From the NCBI RefSeq assembly GCF_039541115.1, contig NZ_BAABFP010000004.1, forward strand, positions 434,001 to 498,000: 64,000 nt of DNA. Reading direction: 5' to 3'. Shown piece after piece: positions 1-11,538 of the stretch. The notes beneath the pieces were generated by a model. The model ran no database searches, was not told the origin of the DNA, and saw nothing but the letters and a program-made list of their open reading frames with translations. How positions within the stretch are numbered: the stretch's first letter is position 1; the number at the start of each line of letters is the position of its first letter. Position numbers and translations under genes: made by a program. The DNA comes from Angustibacter luteus. GTDB lineage: Bacteria > Actinomycetota > Actinomycetes > Actinomycetales > Angustibacteraceae.

Positions 1-122
1 TACGTCCCATCTGCGGCCGTGAATGGCCACTCAGTGCTAGACGTGATGGTTTCGTGATGCCAGACTATGGACTTGTAACATTTCAGTCAACCGGTGCTGA
101 TGTATGACGGAGGCTTGCGGCG

Positions 123-1373
123 ATGAGCTCGTTCAGGGATTTCCTCTTTCCCCTCGACCACCCTCGGCTGGCCGGACTGGACGAGTTTGACGCTTACAGC
201 TACCCCGATGCCATCCGGACCAACCCGATGGTGGACGAGGCCCTGACTGGGTGGCTCAACTTGTTTGAGACCTCCGAGTTCGGCGGCATCACAACTGACG
301 GTTCGCTCATACCGGGGCTCTTTGGTCTCGAGGGCTCGGACGAACCTCCCAACCACGCAGCCGCCACGGCGGCTCGGGAACTCCTTGACGCTCTGCCGAG
401 CACACTGCGCGATCGAGTCTCGCATCCCCTGGACAGCAAGGTGTGGCGAGCCTGGATGAACCCCGAGTTCTACGTGAACAGGTTCGGCCTACGTCTCGAG
501 GAGCTCGAACCGGCGCACATTGAGCGGGTCCTCGCACTCCTGGCGGCCAGCCTGAGCCCGGCCGGGTTCGAGAAGACCCGGTTGCTTATGAAGGTCAACC
601 AGTTCCTTGGCGAACTGGTGCATCTACCGAAGCTTCTCAACGAGTTCAGCTACAACATCAACCTGTTCGGGGACCCGGCAAGCGGCCAGCCGTGGGGGTG
701 GAATCTGTACGGCCACCACGTCTGCCTCAACACGTTGTTCATCGCTGACCGGCAGGTCTTCACGCCGGTCTTCTTTGGAGCCGAACCAGTGGAGATGGAC
801 GAAGGGGAAGCCGCGGGCACGGTGCTCTTCACCGATCAGGAGCGGCTCGGGCTTGAGCTCATCCAGGCGCTGTCACCGGAGCAGGCGGAGGCGGCGATCC
901 TGTACCACCAGAAGCGGGACCCGACAATGCCGGCCGACCGGAGGCACCCCGGCGACGAACTGCATCTTGGCGGAGCGTTCCAGGACAACCGAGTCATCCC
1001 CTACGAGGGTGTCGCGGGTTCTCGACTGGATGCATCCCAGCGGGCGCGAATCTTGGAGCTCGTCGAAGTCTTCCTGGATTACCAGCCTGAAGGTCCACGA
1101 CGGGCACGGGTCGCCGATGCTCGCCGTCACCTGGATGACACCTGGTTCTGCTGGATCGGTGGGACTCGCCTTGGCGATGCCTTCTACTACCGGATCCAAA
1201 GCCCCGTGATCCTAATTGAGTTCGACCACCATGCTGGCATCTTCTTGGCCAACACGGAACCAGAGCGATTCCACGTACACACGCTCGTGCGCACCCCCAA
1301 TGGCAACGACTACGGCGTCGACCTGGTCCGTCAGGCCACCGGGGACCCACAGCGCCTGAATGGTCCGGCCTGA
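123..1373 (+). CDS. DUF3500 domain-containing protein
   Basis: Motifs WGWxLYGHHVCLN, YYRIQSPVILIEFDH and HVHTLVRTPNGNDYG typical of DUF3500. Confidence 0.85.
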   Translation: MSSFRDFLFPLDHPRLAGLDEFDAYSYPDAIRTNPMVDEALTGWLNLFETSEFGGITTDGSLIPGLFGLEGSDEPPNHAAATAARELLDALPSTLRDRVSHPLDSKVWRAWMNPEFYVNRFGLRLEELEPAHIERVLALLAASLSPAGFEKTRLLMKVNQFLGELVHLPKLLNEFSYNINLFGDPASGQPWGWNLYGHHVCLNTLFIADRQVFTPVFFGAEPVEMDEGEAAGTVLFTDQERLGLELIQALSPEQAEAAILYHQKRDPTMPADRRHPGDELHLGGAFQDNRVIPYEGVAGSRLDASQRARILELVEVFLDYQPEGPRRARVADARRHLDDTWFCWIGGTRLGDAFYYRIQSPVILIEFDHHAGIFLANTEPERFHVHTLVRTPNGNDYGVDLVRQATGDPQRLNGPA

Positions 1374-1786
1374 TGGCTGGCCCAGACAACGATGCTGAGC
1401 GCGCTTGCGAGCGCCTCATCATCCAGTTTGCCCACTATCTCGATCATCGCCGCTTCACCGAGGTGGCCGCTTTGTTCGCGGAAGACGGGGTCTGGCTACG
1501 GCATGGCGAGCAACTCGTTGGGCCCCAGGCAATCCGGTCGCTGTTGGAACAGCGATCCGCAACGCAGGTTGAGCGGCATGTGATGACGACGGTGTTGGTT
1601 GAGCAGGCATCACCGACCGAGTGCACGGCTGTCAGCTACGTGCTCATCTTTAGGGCGCATGGTCCGGATCCCCACGGTCAGCTGCCCAAGGTGGGGGAGT
1701 TCCACGACCGGTTCAGCCTGACTCCGCACGGATGGAGGTTCGCCTTTCGGACCTCCCTGCCCGCGTTTGCCGGCGACTCGCAGTAG
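1373..1786 (+). CDS. SnoaL/NTF2-like family protein
   Basis: 137 aa with LFAEDG and GWRF motifs; start overlaps upstream stop (TGATG). Confidence 0.8.
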   Translation: MAGPDNDAERACERLIIQFAHYLDHRRFTEVAALFAEDGVWLRHGEQLVGPQAIRSLLEQRSATQVERHVMTTVLVEQASPTECTAVSYVLIFRAHGPDPHGQLPKVGEFHDRFSLTPHGWRFAFRTSLPAFAGDSQ

Positions 1787-1975
1787 CAGCCCCGGCCGAA
1801 CCGACCGCGCCGCCTTCGGGTGGAGTTGCTACACCATGAGGGCCTGACAGGGTCGGGAGACTTGGCAGCCAGTGGCGGGACGGCCGCCGCGACCCCTTGG
1901 TGACCGGACATCACCGCTGCCTTGGAAACTGCCCATGACGGGCACCACATCCGGCCTCAAGTCCTGCGTCCAGGC

Positions 1976-2647
1976 TCACCCGGCGGTCTGCCCCGTTGCG
2001 GTTGAGGCCACGGTGAGCTTTGGCTGGGTCTTGTCGAGCACCTCCCTGAGGTCAACGCCTGGCGCCAGCTCGACGAGTTTGAGCCCGCTGCCCTCGGATT
2101 CGGGGACGACATCGATCACGCACAACTCAGTGATGATCCGCTGCACGACCCTACGGCCGGTGTAGGGAAGGGTGCACTCGTCGACAATCTTGTAGGAGCC
2201 GTCTCTGGCAACGTGCTCCATGAGCACAATTACGCGCTTGGCGCCATGGACCAGGTCCATGGCGCCGCCCATCCCCTTGACCATCTTTCCGGGGATCATC
2301 CAGTTCGCAATGTCGCCGTGCGCGGACACCTGCATAGCGCCGAGGATGGCCACGTCGATCTTTCCTCCGCGGATCATCCCGAACGACGTCGCGGAGTCGA
2401 AGAACGAGGCTCCGTCTTGGATGGTGACGGTTTCCTTGCCTGCGTTGATCAGGTCCGCGGACTCCTCACCTTCGTACGGGTAGGCCCCGAACCCGAGAAT
2501 TCCGTTCTCTGATTGAAGCACCAGGTGCACCGAGTCATCGACATAGTTAGGCACCAGTGTGGGAAGCCCGATGCCGAGGTTGACGTACGACCCGTCGGCG
2601 AGTTCTGCCGCCGCCCGCGTTGCCATTTCCTGACGTGTCCAAGTCAC
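1976..2647 (-). CDS. scoB: 3-oxoacid CoA-transferase subunit B
   Basis: [10 protein letters not shown], catalytic [13 protein letters not shown]. Confidence 0.92.
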   Translation of the reverse strand: MTWTRQEMATRAAAELADGSYVNLGIGLPTLVPNYVDDSVHLVLQSENGILGFGAYPYEGEESADLINAGKETVTIQDGASFFDSATSFGMIRGGKIDVAILGAMQVSAHGDIANWMIPGKMVKGMGGAMDLVHGAKRVIVLMEHVARDGSYKIVDECTLPYTGRRVVQRIITELCVIDVVPESEGSGLKLVELAPGVDLREVLDKTQPKLTVASTATGQTAG

Positions 2648-2796
2648 TGTTCACCGGCCCTCTGGTCGATTCGGATGTGGTCGGCAGAGATGTGCATGGA
2701 CACTTGTCCATCGTGCGTGAACTTCGCCGGCCCATCGACGGGGCACCGGCGATCAAGGCGCTTCGCCCGTGCCAGGAACGATGCGTTGGCGATCAT

Positions 2797-3579
2797 CTAC
2801 GGCGCCCCGGGGGCGGCCCGGACCGTTCGCTTCTCGATTCGCTGGTCGGCGGCCTGCTCAACTGACATCGGTACGACGCGGTGCACGTAGGCGCCGGGTG
2901 TGTGAACGTGATTGGGGTCGAGGACGCCGGGCTCGACAAGCTCTTCGACCTCGGCGATCGTGATGCGTCCGCACATCGCGGCAAGCGGGTTGAAGTTGCG
3001 CGCCGAGTCCTTGTAGATGAGGTTTCCGTGCCGATCACCCTTGTGGGCTCGCACCAGCCCGTAGTCGGCGACGATCGCTCGTTCCAGGACGAACTCCTGT
3101 TCGCCGTCAGTTGTCTCGAAGAACTGCGTCTGCTTTCGAGGGCTTGATCGAACAACATTGCCTGTCGCGTCGTATCGCCAGGGCAAGCCACCCTCAGCCA
3201 CCTGGGTACCGACGCCGGTAGCAGTGAAGAACGCGGGGATGCCCGAGCCGCCGGCGCGCATCCGTTCCGCCAGCGTTCCTTGCGGAGTCAGCTCGACCTC
3301 CAACTCGCCGGCCAGGTACTGGCGAGCAAACTCCTTGTTCTCACCAACATACGAGGCCACCATCCGCCGTAGACGACCTGACTCCAGCAACAGCCCGAGA
3401 CCCCAACCGTCCACCCCGGCGTTGTTGCTGACCGCCTCCAGGTCTTTGGTGCCGGCTTCCAGGAGAGCCTGGATGAGGACTGAAGGGATTCCGCACAAGC
3501 CAAAACCCCCAACCGCAATGGTTGCCCCGTCCAGCACGTCGGCAACCGCTTCCGCGGCCGACGTCACCACCTTGTCCAT
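2797..3579 (-). CDS. scoA: 3-oxoacid CoA-transferase subunit A
   Basis: GGFGLCGIP, PQGTLAER, ARNFNP. Confidence 0.92.
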   Translation of the reverse strand: MDKVVTSAAEAVADVLDGATIAVGGFGLCGIPSVLIQALLEAGTKDLEAVSNNAGVDGWGLGLLLESGRLRRMVASYVGENKEFARQYLAGELEVELTPQGTLAERMRAGGSGIPAFFTATGVGTQVAEGGLPWRYDATGNVVRSSPRKQTQFFETTDGEQEFVLERAIVADYGLVRAHKGDRHGNLIYKDSARNFNPLAAMCGRITIAEVEELVEPGVLDPNHVHTPGAYVHRVVPMSVEQAADQRIEKRTVRAAPGAP

Positions 3580-3804
3580 CTGTCAGTCCACCTATCTGTC
3601 GAACTAGGCCAGGGCCGACTCCTTGGAGGCGGCCTCTCTGCCATGCCGTCGTCGGGCCACCTCACCGCTGAGCTGGTCCAGCCGCACCGTCCCTCAGGAA
3701 CGGCGAGGTTGAGGGGGTGGAGGTAACCGCCGGATCAGCCCGCTCCGGCCAAAACGTCTGCCCCGACGCGCCGTTGGCCCCGGCCGCCCGACTTCCCAGC
3801 GGAC

Positions 3805-5145
<1,341 letters not shown>

Positions 5146-5193
5146 TCACTCAAAGAAGTGCTTGACATACAACAAGCCCAGGCAGGGGTAGGC

Positions 5194-6312
5194 GTGAAGA
5201 TCATCGACATCTCGATACTGCGTCATCAGCAACCCTTCCCCGCGGCCGTAGGCCCCGAACACGTCACCCTGGACTTGCTGACCATCGCAACGGACGAGGG
5301 CATCCAGGGGCACACCTTCGCGGGAGGCCCGGGCGAGGACATCGCCTCGGTACTTCTCGATGTCGTGCGGCCCATGCTCATCGGGCTGGATCCCCTCGAC
5401 ATCGGCCGTGTCTGGGCCATGACCGGAAGGCGAGGTCTACCCGCAACGGTGCGCGGCGCGGTGGACGTTGCCCTCTGGGACATTGCCGGGAAGGCCGCGG
5501 GTCTTCCCGTCCATCGCCTGATCGGCACCGTCCGGGATCACGCGCCGGCGTATATCGCCACATGGGTGCACCGAGACATACCCACATACGTGGACGAGGC
5601 GCTGGCCTACCGTGAGATGGGCTTCACCGCTCACAAACTGCATCCGCTCACTCAGCTCCGGCATTTCGATGGCAAGCAGGTGCCCGTCACGGACGACATC
5701 GACCTATGTGCACAGGTCCGAGCGGCCGTCGGGGACCGACATGTCCTGGCCCTGGACGCAGCGTGGGCCTACGACTACCCGGAGGCCGTCCAGGTCGGCC
5801 TGGCAATCGAAGAGCTCGGATATGCCTGGTACGAGGATCCGCTCGCAGCGGACGATCTGTACGGCTACATCCGCCTCAAGCAACAACTGTCGATCCCACT
5901 AATGGCGACCGAGGTGACTCAAGGAGGATTGACGGCGCTCGCGCCATGGGTCGTGGAGCGTGCTACCGACTTCCTGCGGGGGGACGTCGTACTCAAGGGT
6001 GGGATCACTGGCATGGTGAAGATCGCGCACCTCGCGGAGGCGTTCCATCTTCCATGCGAGATCCACGACGCCTACAACAGCCTCAACAACCTCGCCGGGC
6101 TCAACGTCATGATGGCGATCGCAAACTGCCAATGGTTCGAGATTCTCGCGCCCCATGCCCCGGGCTCATATGACATCGATGCACTGAGCTATGGGCTTGT
6201 TGAGCCCATCACGATCGACCCGACTGGCAACGTCCATGCACCAACTCGCCCCGGTCTGGGAATCGACATCGATTGGGAGCTGCTGCGGGCCAGTGGGGAG
6301 TTACTCGGCTAA
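5194..6312 (+). CDS. Mandelate racemase/muconate lactonizing enzyme (enolase superfamily)
   Basis: AVDVALWDIAGKAAGLPV, metal ligands D/E/E (LDAA, YEDP, ATEV), C-terminal PGLGIDID; start uncertain (GTG 5194). Confidence 0.85.
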   Translation: MKIIDISILRHQQPFPAAVGPEHVTLDLLTIATDEGIQGHTFAGGPGEDIASVLLDVVRPMLIGLDPLDIGRVWAMTGRRGLPATVRGAVDVALWDIAGKAAGLPVHRLIGTVRDHAPAYIATWVHRDIPTYVDEALAYREMGFTAHKLHPLTQLRHFDGKQVPVTDDIDLCAQVRAAVGDRHVLALDAAWAYDYPEAVQVGLAIEELGYAWYEDPLAADDLYGYIRLKQQLSIPLMATEVTQGGLTALAPWVVERATDFLRGDVVLKGGITGMVKIAHLAEAFHLPCEIHDAYNSLNNLAGLNVMMAIANCQWFEILAPHAPGSYDIDALSYGLVEPITIDPTGNVHAPTRPGLGIDIDWELLRASGELLG

Positions 6313-6355
6313 GCAGCCCCAGGAGGGCTGGCCATGCCCCGTGCATCGCGCCGAG

Positions 6356-7174
6356 TCAGCGGTTGAGGAACTCCTCAACGAGAGCGACGAACTCCGCGAC
6401 ATTGATGTTCTGGAGGTCGTGCATTCCCCCAGCGACGAACCTGAAGTCGGCGTGCGGCAGGTACGTCGCGAACGCTTCGCGCTGACTCGGCCTCAGGATC
6501 TCGTCCTGATCTCCCAGGAGCGCCAATACCGGGAGGCGCAGATCAGTGAGCGATTTCAAGGCGTCCTCCGGCAGAAACTCCGGCGCCACCCAGGCGATCA
6601 TCTTGAACCTGTTGGCCATTTGGTTGGCAATGAACTCGTCCGTCGCCCACGGCTTCTTAGGGTTGACCGGAGGCTGGGGGTACTGAGGAGCGCCTTCGGA
6701 CTGAAACGGCGCCTGCACGGGCGCGTCGGGCTCGGGGCGCGGCGGCGGCGGCACAATGACGTCTTGCTCTCGCGCTGGCGCCATCCCGCCCTCGAGGATG
6801 ATGCCCTTCACCCGCTCTGGGTGTGCCGCGGCGGCATACACGGCGTTCACTCCACCCATGGATGACCCAAGGATGTAGTACCGGTCCTGGACCAGTTGGT
6901 TGGCAGCCTCAGCGAGAAGTTGCGCGGTCTCAGCCATCGGCATCGGACGGTTCAGGTCGTCCTTGCCGCCCCAGCCAGGTGGGTTGATCTCGATCACCCT
7001 GTACCTCTCGGCAAGAATGTCTTTCGAGGGAGACATCTCGAGGCCAGCCGAGCCAGGAAACGACACCAGAGTCTCAGTGGGCGCATCAGGTCGCGCCTCC
7101 GCGTAGTCCAGGACGAACTCGCCGGCCTTGACGGTGCCATAGGTGAATGGCGCTCCGGGTTGCTGCACGACCAT
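6356..7174 (-). CDS. Alpha/beta-fold hydrolase
   Basis: GSSMGG nucleophile elbow, GDQD acid and GMH histidine. Confidence 0.8.
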   Translation of the reverse strand: MVVQQPGAPFTYGTVKAGEFVLDYAEARPDAPTETLVSFPGSAGLEMSPSKDILAERYRVIEINPPGWGGKDDLNRPMPMAETAQLLAEAANQLVQDRYYILGSSMGGVNAVYAAAAHPERVKGIILEGGMAPAREQDVIVPPPPRPEPDAPVQAPFQSEGAPQYPQPPVNPKKPWATDEFIANQMANRFKMIAWVAPEFLPEDALKSLTDLRLPVLALLGDQDEILRPSQREAFATYLPHADFRFVAGGMHDLQNINVAEFVALVEEFLNR

Positions 7175-7455
7175 GGGTCGCCCCTTCTGTTCGCTGCCCG
7201 GTCACCGGTCACAGCTGACGATTCATGAGTGTGCCCACCATCCGGCAGGCACAACCGAGGCATGACGTCCGCTCGATACACACCACCTGACCAGCAATGG
7301 CGGGCGACAATTCAGCGGCCTGTAAAACATCTCACAGGGGGTGTGGCATGTCTAGTGACGAGAGAGAGGTTTCAGAAGGCGCGGGGAGGCCTGCGCGTCG
7401 CTGCGGGTGGGCGGCTCCCACCGCTGTGTCTTCGTGCGATGAGGCCCGAAGGGCC

Positions 7456-7932
7456 TTAGCCCTGGGGTCGTCGACGAAGGGCAACCGGCTCATCTCGGTA
7501 CCTCTCCATCACGGCGCGGAGGGCGTCGGTGATGGCCCAGGCGCAGTCCAGGGACTGATCCCAAAGGACGAGCGATGTCTCAGCCACGAGGGCGGGCTCG
7601 TGCCCCGGCGCAACTCGCATCTCCGAACTGACGCTGAACGAGGTTCGCCCGACGTGACTGACCCACAAACGCACGAGGAACGGTTGGTACGCGGCGTAGC
7701 GCATCTCGGCGTGATAGTCGACGCGTTGGGCGCCCACGAGTTCGGACACGGTGATCGGGAGTCCGCCCAGTAGCCCAGGATGGGAGTCGCCTGTTCCCGG
7801 GAGCATGGCGTAGCGGAAGAACAACACGCGCGCCTCGTCCACCACCCGGATAGCTTCGACGTTGTCAACGTGGCCGCCAAGGTTGACGTCCCGCAACCGC
7901 GCCTGAATCTCGCAATCAAAGACCGCGGCCAT
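7456..7932 (-). CDS. Acyl-CoA thioesterase (hotdog fold, 4HBT-like)
   Basis: RLRDVNLGGHVDN..EAR and VGRTSF motifs. Confidence 0.8.
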   Translation of the reverse strand: MAAVFDCEIQARLRDVNLGGHVDNVEAIRVVDEARVLFFRYAMLPGTGDSHPGLLGGLPITVSELVGAQRVDYHAEMRYAAYQPFLVRLWVSHVGRTSFSVSSEMRVAPGHEPALVAETSLVLWDQSLDCAWAITDALRAVMERYRDEPVALRRRPQG

Positions 7933-8204
7933 GGCGATCTCCATCGCGGGTGACGGCCTCGCTGCCGCGGCAAGAATCGTGACAGCTCAAGGAAGACGGC
8001 ATCCAAGTTCCTTAGGTCAGGCGGTCACCCGTTGCCGTCCGAAGCCGGCCGTGCGATCTCGCTGTTGACACTCCCGGCCCGGATCGTGGGCACCAGGGGC
8101 AGCCGGCGGTCCCCATCGTTGACCAGCTGATATCGGCTGGGTAGTTTGTGAAACATTACGGATCTCCTCTGGGAGGTTCAAGCCCAACCGACGGGGAACG
8201 CCGC

Positions 8205-9239
8205 ATGCCGCTCTCTTCCCATCGGGCCGCCAGTCGGCGGCCGGTCCCTGAGCACGCGCGCAGCGCCATGGCCCGGTCAGCCGTGATTGATCGCCCCGGC
8301 GTCGCCCCTCGCATCAACGACGCCACAGCCCCGCTGCGCCACCGAGGAACGACCCTGGTGCGCGTGCTTGCGGCCGCGTTGAACCCGTTGGACATCAGTA
8401 TTGCCGCTGGGCTCGTGCCAACGGCGCGGCATGAGAAGCCATACGTGCCGGGCATCGAGGCTGTGGGGGAGGTGGTCGAATCAGACGTCTTCGAACCTGG
8501 TCAGATCGTTTACGGAGAGTGCCATCCGAGCCCCACTCGCCCGGGATGTTTCGCCACTCACGTCGTCCTCGAGGACCAAGCGCTACTCAGGTTGCCCGAG
8601 AAGCTCGACCCTGTCGCGGCTGTGGCCGTGGGGAACTCCGGCGTGGCCGCCTTCCTCCCACTCATCGGGGTCGCGGCTCTGCAACCCAACGAAGCGGTGC
8701 TCATACTCGGTGCCACCGGAACCGTGGGCAGACTTGCCGTGCAGGTTGCTCGAGAGCACGACGCCGGCTACATCGTGGCGGTGGGCCGTAATGAAGAAGC
8801 CTTGGCGCGCGTTCGCGAACTCGGTGCGGATGCTGCGATTCCACTCAGGTCCGGAGAGGCCCAAGGCGAACTTGTGCGGCGACTGCAACGCGCCGGTCCT
8901 GCGGCGGACGTCATTCTTGATGGCCTCGGCGGCGACCCGCTGAACGCAGCGATGCATGCCTGCGCGCCGCTGGCCCGAATCGTCAACATCGGCAACTCCG
9001 CCGGCGAGCAGGTGAACTTTGCAGCGACCCTGCTGCGCAGCCGGCAGTTGACTATCAAGGGTTTCGCCAGCTTCCTCACACCGCTAGCAGTCAAGCGTCC
9101 AGCGCTTGAGTGGATGTGGAGCGGCCTTCTGGACGGAAACATCCACGTCGACACGCGAGCGCGACCACTCGAAGAGCTGCCCGTTGCGTGGACCGAGAGA
9201 CCTTCAGTAGCGCAGCCAAAGACGGTCATCGTGCCCTAG
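8205..9239 (+). CDS. Quinone oxidoreductase-like MDR family protein
   Basis: LNPLD, PYVPGIEAVG, LGATGTVG Rossmann motif; start uncertain (8205 or 8268). Confidence 0.85.
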   Translation: MPLSSHRAASRRPVPEHARSAMARSAVIDRPGVAPRINDATAPLRHRGTTLVRVLAAALNPLDISIAAGLVPTARHEKPYVPGIEAVGEVVESDVFEPGQIVYGECHPSPTRPGCFATHVVLEDQALLRLPEKLDPVAAVAVGNSGVAAFLPLIGVAALQPNEAVLILGATGTVGRLAVQVAREHDAGYIVAVGRNEEALARVRELGADAAIPLRSGEAQGELVRRLQRAGPAADVILDGLGGDPLNAAMHACAPLARIVNIGNSAGEQVNFAATLLRSRQLTIKGFASFLTPLAVKRPALEWMWSGLLDGNIHVDTRARPLEELPVAWTERPSVAQPKTVIVP

Positions 9240-9389
9240 GCCGTGAGGCAGATGTGCCCAAAGCTAGCGGCACGGGCGGGCCACATGGTGGACCACTGGA
9301 CCGCAGCGTGGCACGGGGTGCAGACTGTCGACCTCTCGGCTGTCGTCATGTTCAAGGGGATCCCCCCAGGAGTAGGAGCGCAGGCAGAG

Positions 9390-10127
9390 ATGAGACCGCA
9401 GTTGCAGACTGTCGACTATGTTTCTGGCAGTGGTGATCGGCTAAGGGGCTACGCCGGGTCGAGCGATCTACCCGCGGCAATGGCCGTCGTTCTCTTCCCT
9501 GACGTGATGGGGATCCGAGAACACATTCACGCCCAAGCGGCGCGCGTTCTCGCGGCCGGGTTCGACGTGTTCATCGCCGACATGTATGGGGGAGGCCGTG
9601 CGTTCACCGCGGCGGATGAGGCATTCGCGTCACGGGATGCCTTGCTGAGCGAACCGCAGCTCCTGCAGGATCGGGCCGCAGCCGCGGTCTCGACGCTTTC
9701 CTCGATCGGTCGGGACCCGGCGATGATCGCCGCGGCGGGATACTGCTTCGGAGGACAGGTGGCGCTAGAGCTGGCTCGGTCCGGCGCGCCACTCAAGGCA
9801 GCCGTCAGCTTTCACGGCGAGCTCCTGCCGCTCGGCTCCGCTCTGAGTTCGCCGAGCATCAGCGTACTCAGCTACTCCGGAGGGGCTGACCCCTTCATCC
9901 CCCCCGAAATGGTCAGCACGTTCAGGAGTGAAGCCGAAGCGGCGGGCTGTCCGTGGCAGATCGTCGTTGACGGCGGAGTCGGGCACGCGTTCACCGATCC
10001 GGGGGCTAACGCCATGGGCATCCCCGGCGTGGCGTACGACCGTCGGGCCGACCACCTGTCCTTCGCCCTAATGCGCGAGCTGCTCGCCGACCTGGTCGCG
10101 CAAGAAGCGCCCGGGCGAGCCGACTGA
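9390..10127 (+). CDS. Dienelactone hydrolase family protein
   Basis: GYCFGG, SFHG, ADP, GHAF catalytic motifs; start 9390 preferred over 9243. Confidence 0.88.
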   Translation: MRPQLQTVDYVSGSGDRLRGYAGSSDLPAAMAVVLFPDVMGIREHIHAQAARVLAAGFDVFIADMYGGGRAFTAADEAFASRDALLSEPQLLQDRAAAAVSTLSSIGRDPAMIAAAGYCFGGQVALELARSGAPLKAAVSFHGELLPLGSALSSPSISVLSYSGGADPFIPPEMVSTFRSEAEAAGCPWQIVVDGGVGHAFTDPGANAMGIPGVAYDRRADHLSFALMRELLADLVAQEAPGRAD

Positions 10128-10146
10128 GCTGTGCTGAGGAGCAATA

Positions 10147-11400
10147 GTGAACCCTGAGAACTCTCTGCTCATCAGCCCGGACTCGCGGACGGGCCGGGTC
10201 GGGGTACCCGCCGGCTCGACACAGGACCCCGTCCTCGTACGCGCCCCACGAGACGAGATGGACCGGCGGTGGGCGCTCGTGCGCGCGCACCTCACCGCCC
10301 AGGGTCTGGATGCAGTCATCTGTCTGGGTTCTGACGACAGTCTGTCCGGGAGCATCCGGTGGCTGTGCGACTTCGGTGCGCCTGCCTACATGAAGGTGGC
10401 GTTGTTCTTCGGTGAAACCCCAATGACGGTCATCGAGCACGGCGCTATCTCAGGGATTCGCGAAGTGTCTCCTGCCGACGCCAACACGCCGGGCGTGGGT
10501 CGCGTCAGGGCTGTGTCCGCGTTCAAATCGGTCAGACAAACGCTGGAGTACGAAGCGCGCGCCGTGGTCGAGGAGTTCAGCGCGCGGGGCATTGAGAACG
10601 TGGGGCTGGTGAGGCCCGGGAGCATGCCGTCCGCGTTCATCGATCGACTCAAGCAAGACCTACCGCAGGTGTCGTGGTCGGACGAGACCGCCGCCTTCGA
10701 CAGCATGATGGCGATCAAGAGCCCGGTCGAGCTCGACAGTCTGCGCGAAGCATGTCGCGTGCAAGACCAAGCCTTCGAGCGCTTGCTGGGGCAGGTTCGT
10801 CCCGGCGTTCGTGAGGTCGAACTCATGGCCTCGGTCGAGCGTGAGCTTCGGTTGCGGGGAGCACTGGACGGAACGTTGGGATGCGGGTCCGCTCCTGCAG
10901 GGCAGCCGACCGGAATGCGCTCATGGCGCGCACAGAACCGGGAGTTGCAGAAGGGGGACACATTCACCGTATTGATCGAGCTCTCCAACGCCGGCGGCTA
11001 CTACGCCGAGCTGGCCCGTCAGGTGGTGCTCGGACGGGCCAGTCACGAACAACGGCGCGCCTTCGAGGTCGTCCGCGAGGCGCAAGCGGAGACGGCGGCT
11101 AGCCTCTACGCCGGTGCGAGCTGCAGCGCGCTGGCGGGGGCGCACGACGCGTTCATGGAAGCGCGTGGTTACGAACGGGAAACGCGCCTATTGGGGCACG
11201 GACAGGGCTATGACATGGTCGAGGCTCCGCTGCTGCGAGCCGACGAAACGATGGCCCTGAGGGCGGACATGTTCGTGTCCGTGCACCCCTCCGTCGTCAC
11301 CCCATCCATGTTTGTGTTCTTGTGCGACAACTACGTTGTGCAGCCCGCCGGGCCAGCCGTTCGCCTTCACGACACGCCTCAGGAACTCTTCGAGGTGTGA
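10147..11400 (+). CDS. M24 (Xaa-Pro peptidase/creatinase fold) family protein
   Basis: IKSPVEL, GYYAELAR, GHGQG pita-bread domain motifs. Confidence 0.8.
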   Translation: MNPENSLLISPDSRTGRVGVPAGSTQDPVLVRAPRDEMDRRWALVRAHLTAQGLDAVICLGSDDSLSGSIRWLCDFGAPAYMKVALFFGETPMTVIEHGAISGIREVSPADANTPGVGRVRAVSAFKSVRQTLEYEARAVVEEFSARGIENVGLVRPGSMPSAFIDRLKQDLPQVSWSDETAAFDSMMAIKSPVELDSLREACRVQDQAFERLLGQVRPGVREVELMASVERELRLRGALDGTLGCGSAPAGQPTGMRSWRAQNRELQKGDTFTVLIELSNAGGYYAELARQVVLGRASHEQRRAFEVVREAQAETAASLYAGASCSALAGAHDAFMEARGYERETRLLGHGQGYDMVEAPLLRADETMALRADMFVSVHPSVVTPSMFVFLCDNYVVQPAGPAVRLHDTPQELFEV

Positions 11401-11538
11401 CGTTGCATGGCGAGGCTGCCTCTCGATCCTCCGGCCGCACCTCGGAAACTTGGCTCGACCTTCGCTGCCGTCGCTCTGACCCGCTGAGTTCGGATCCAGT
11501 CCGACCTCAACGCTGAGAATGTGGAGGGGCTCGACCGA

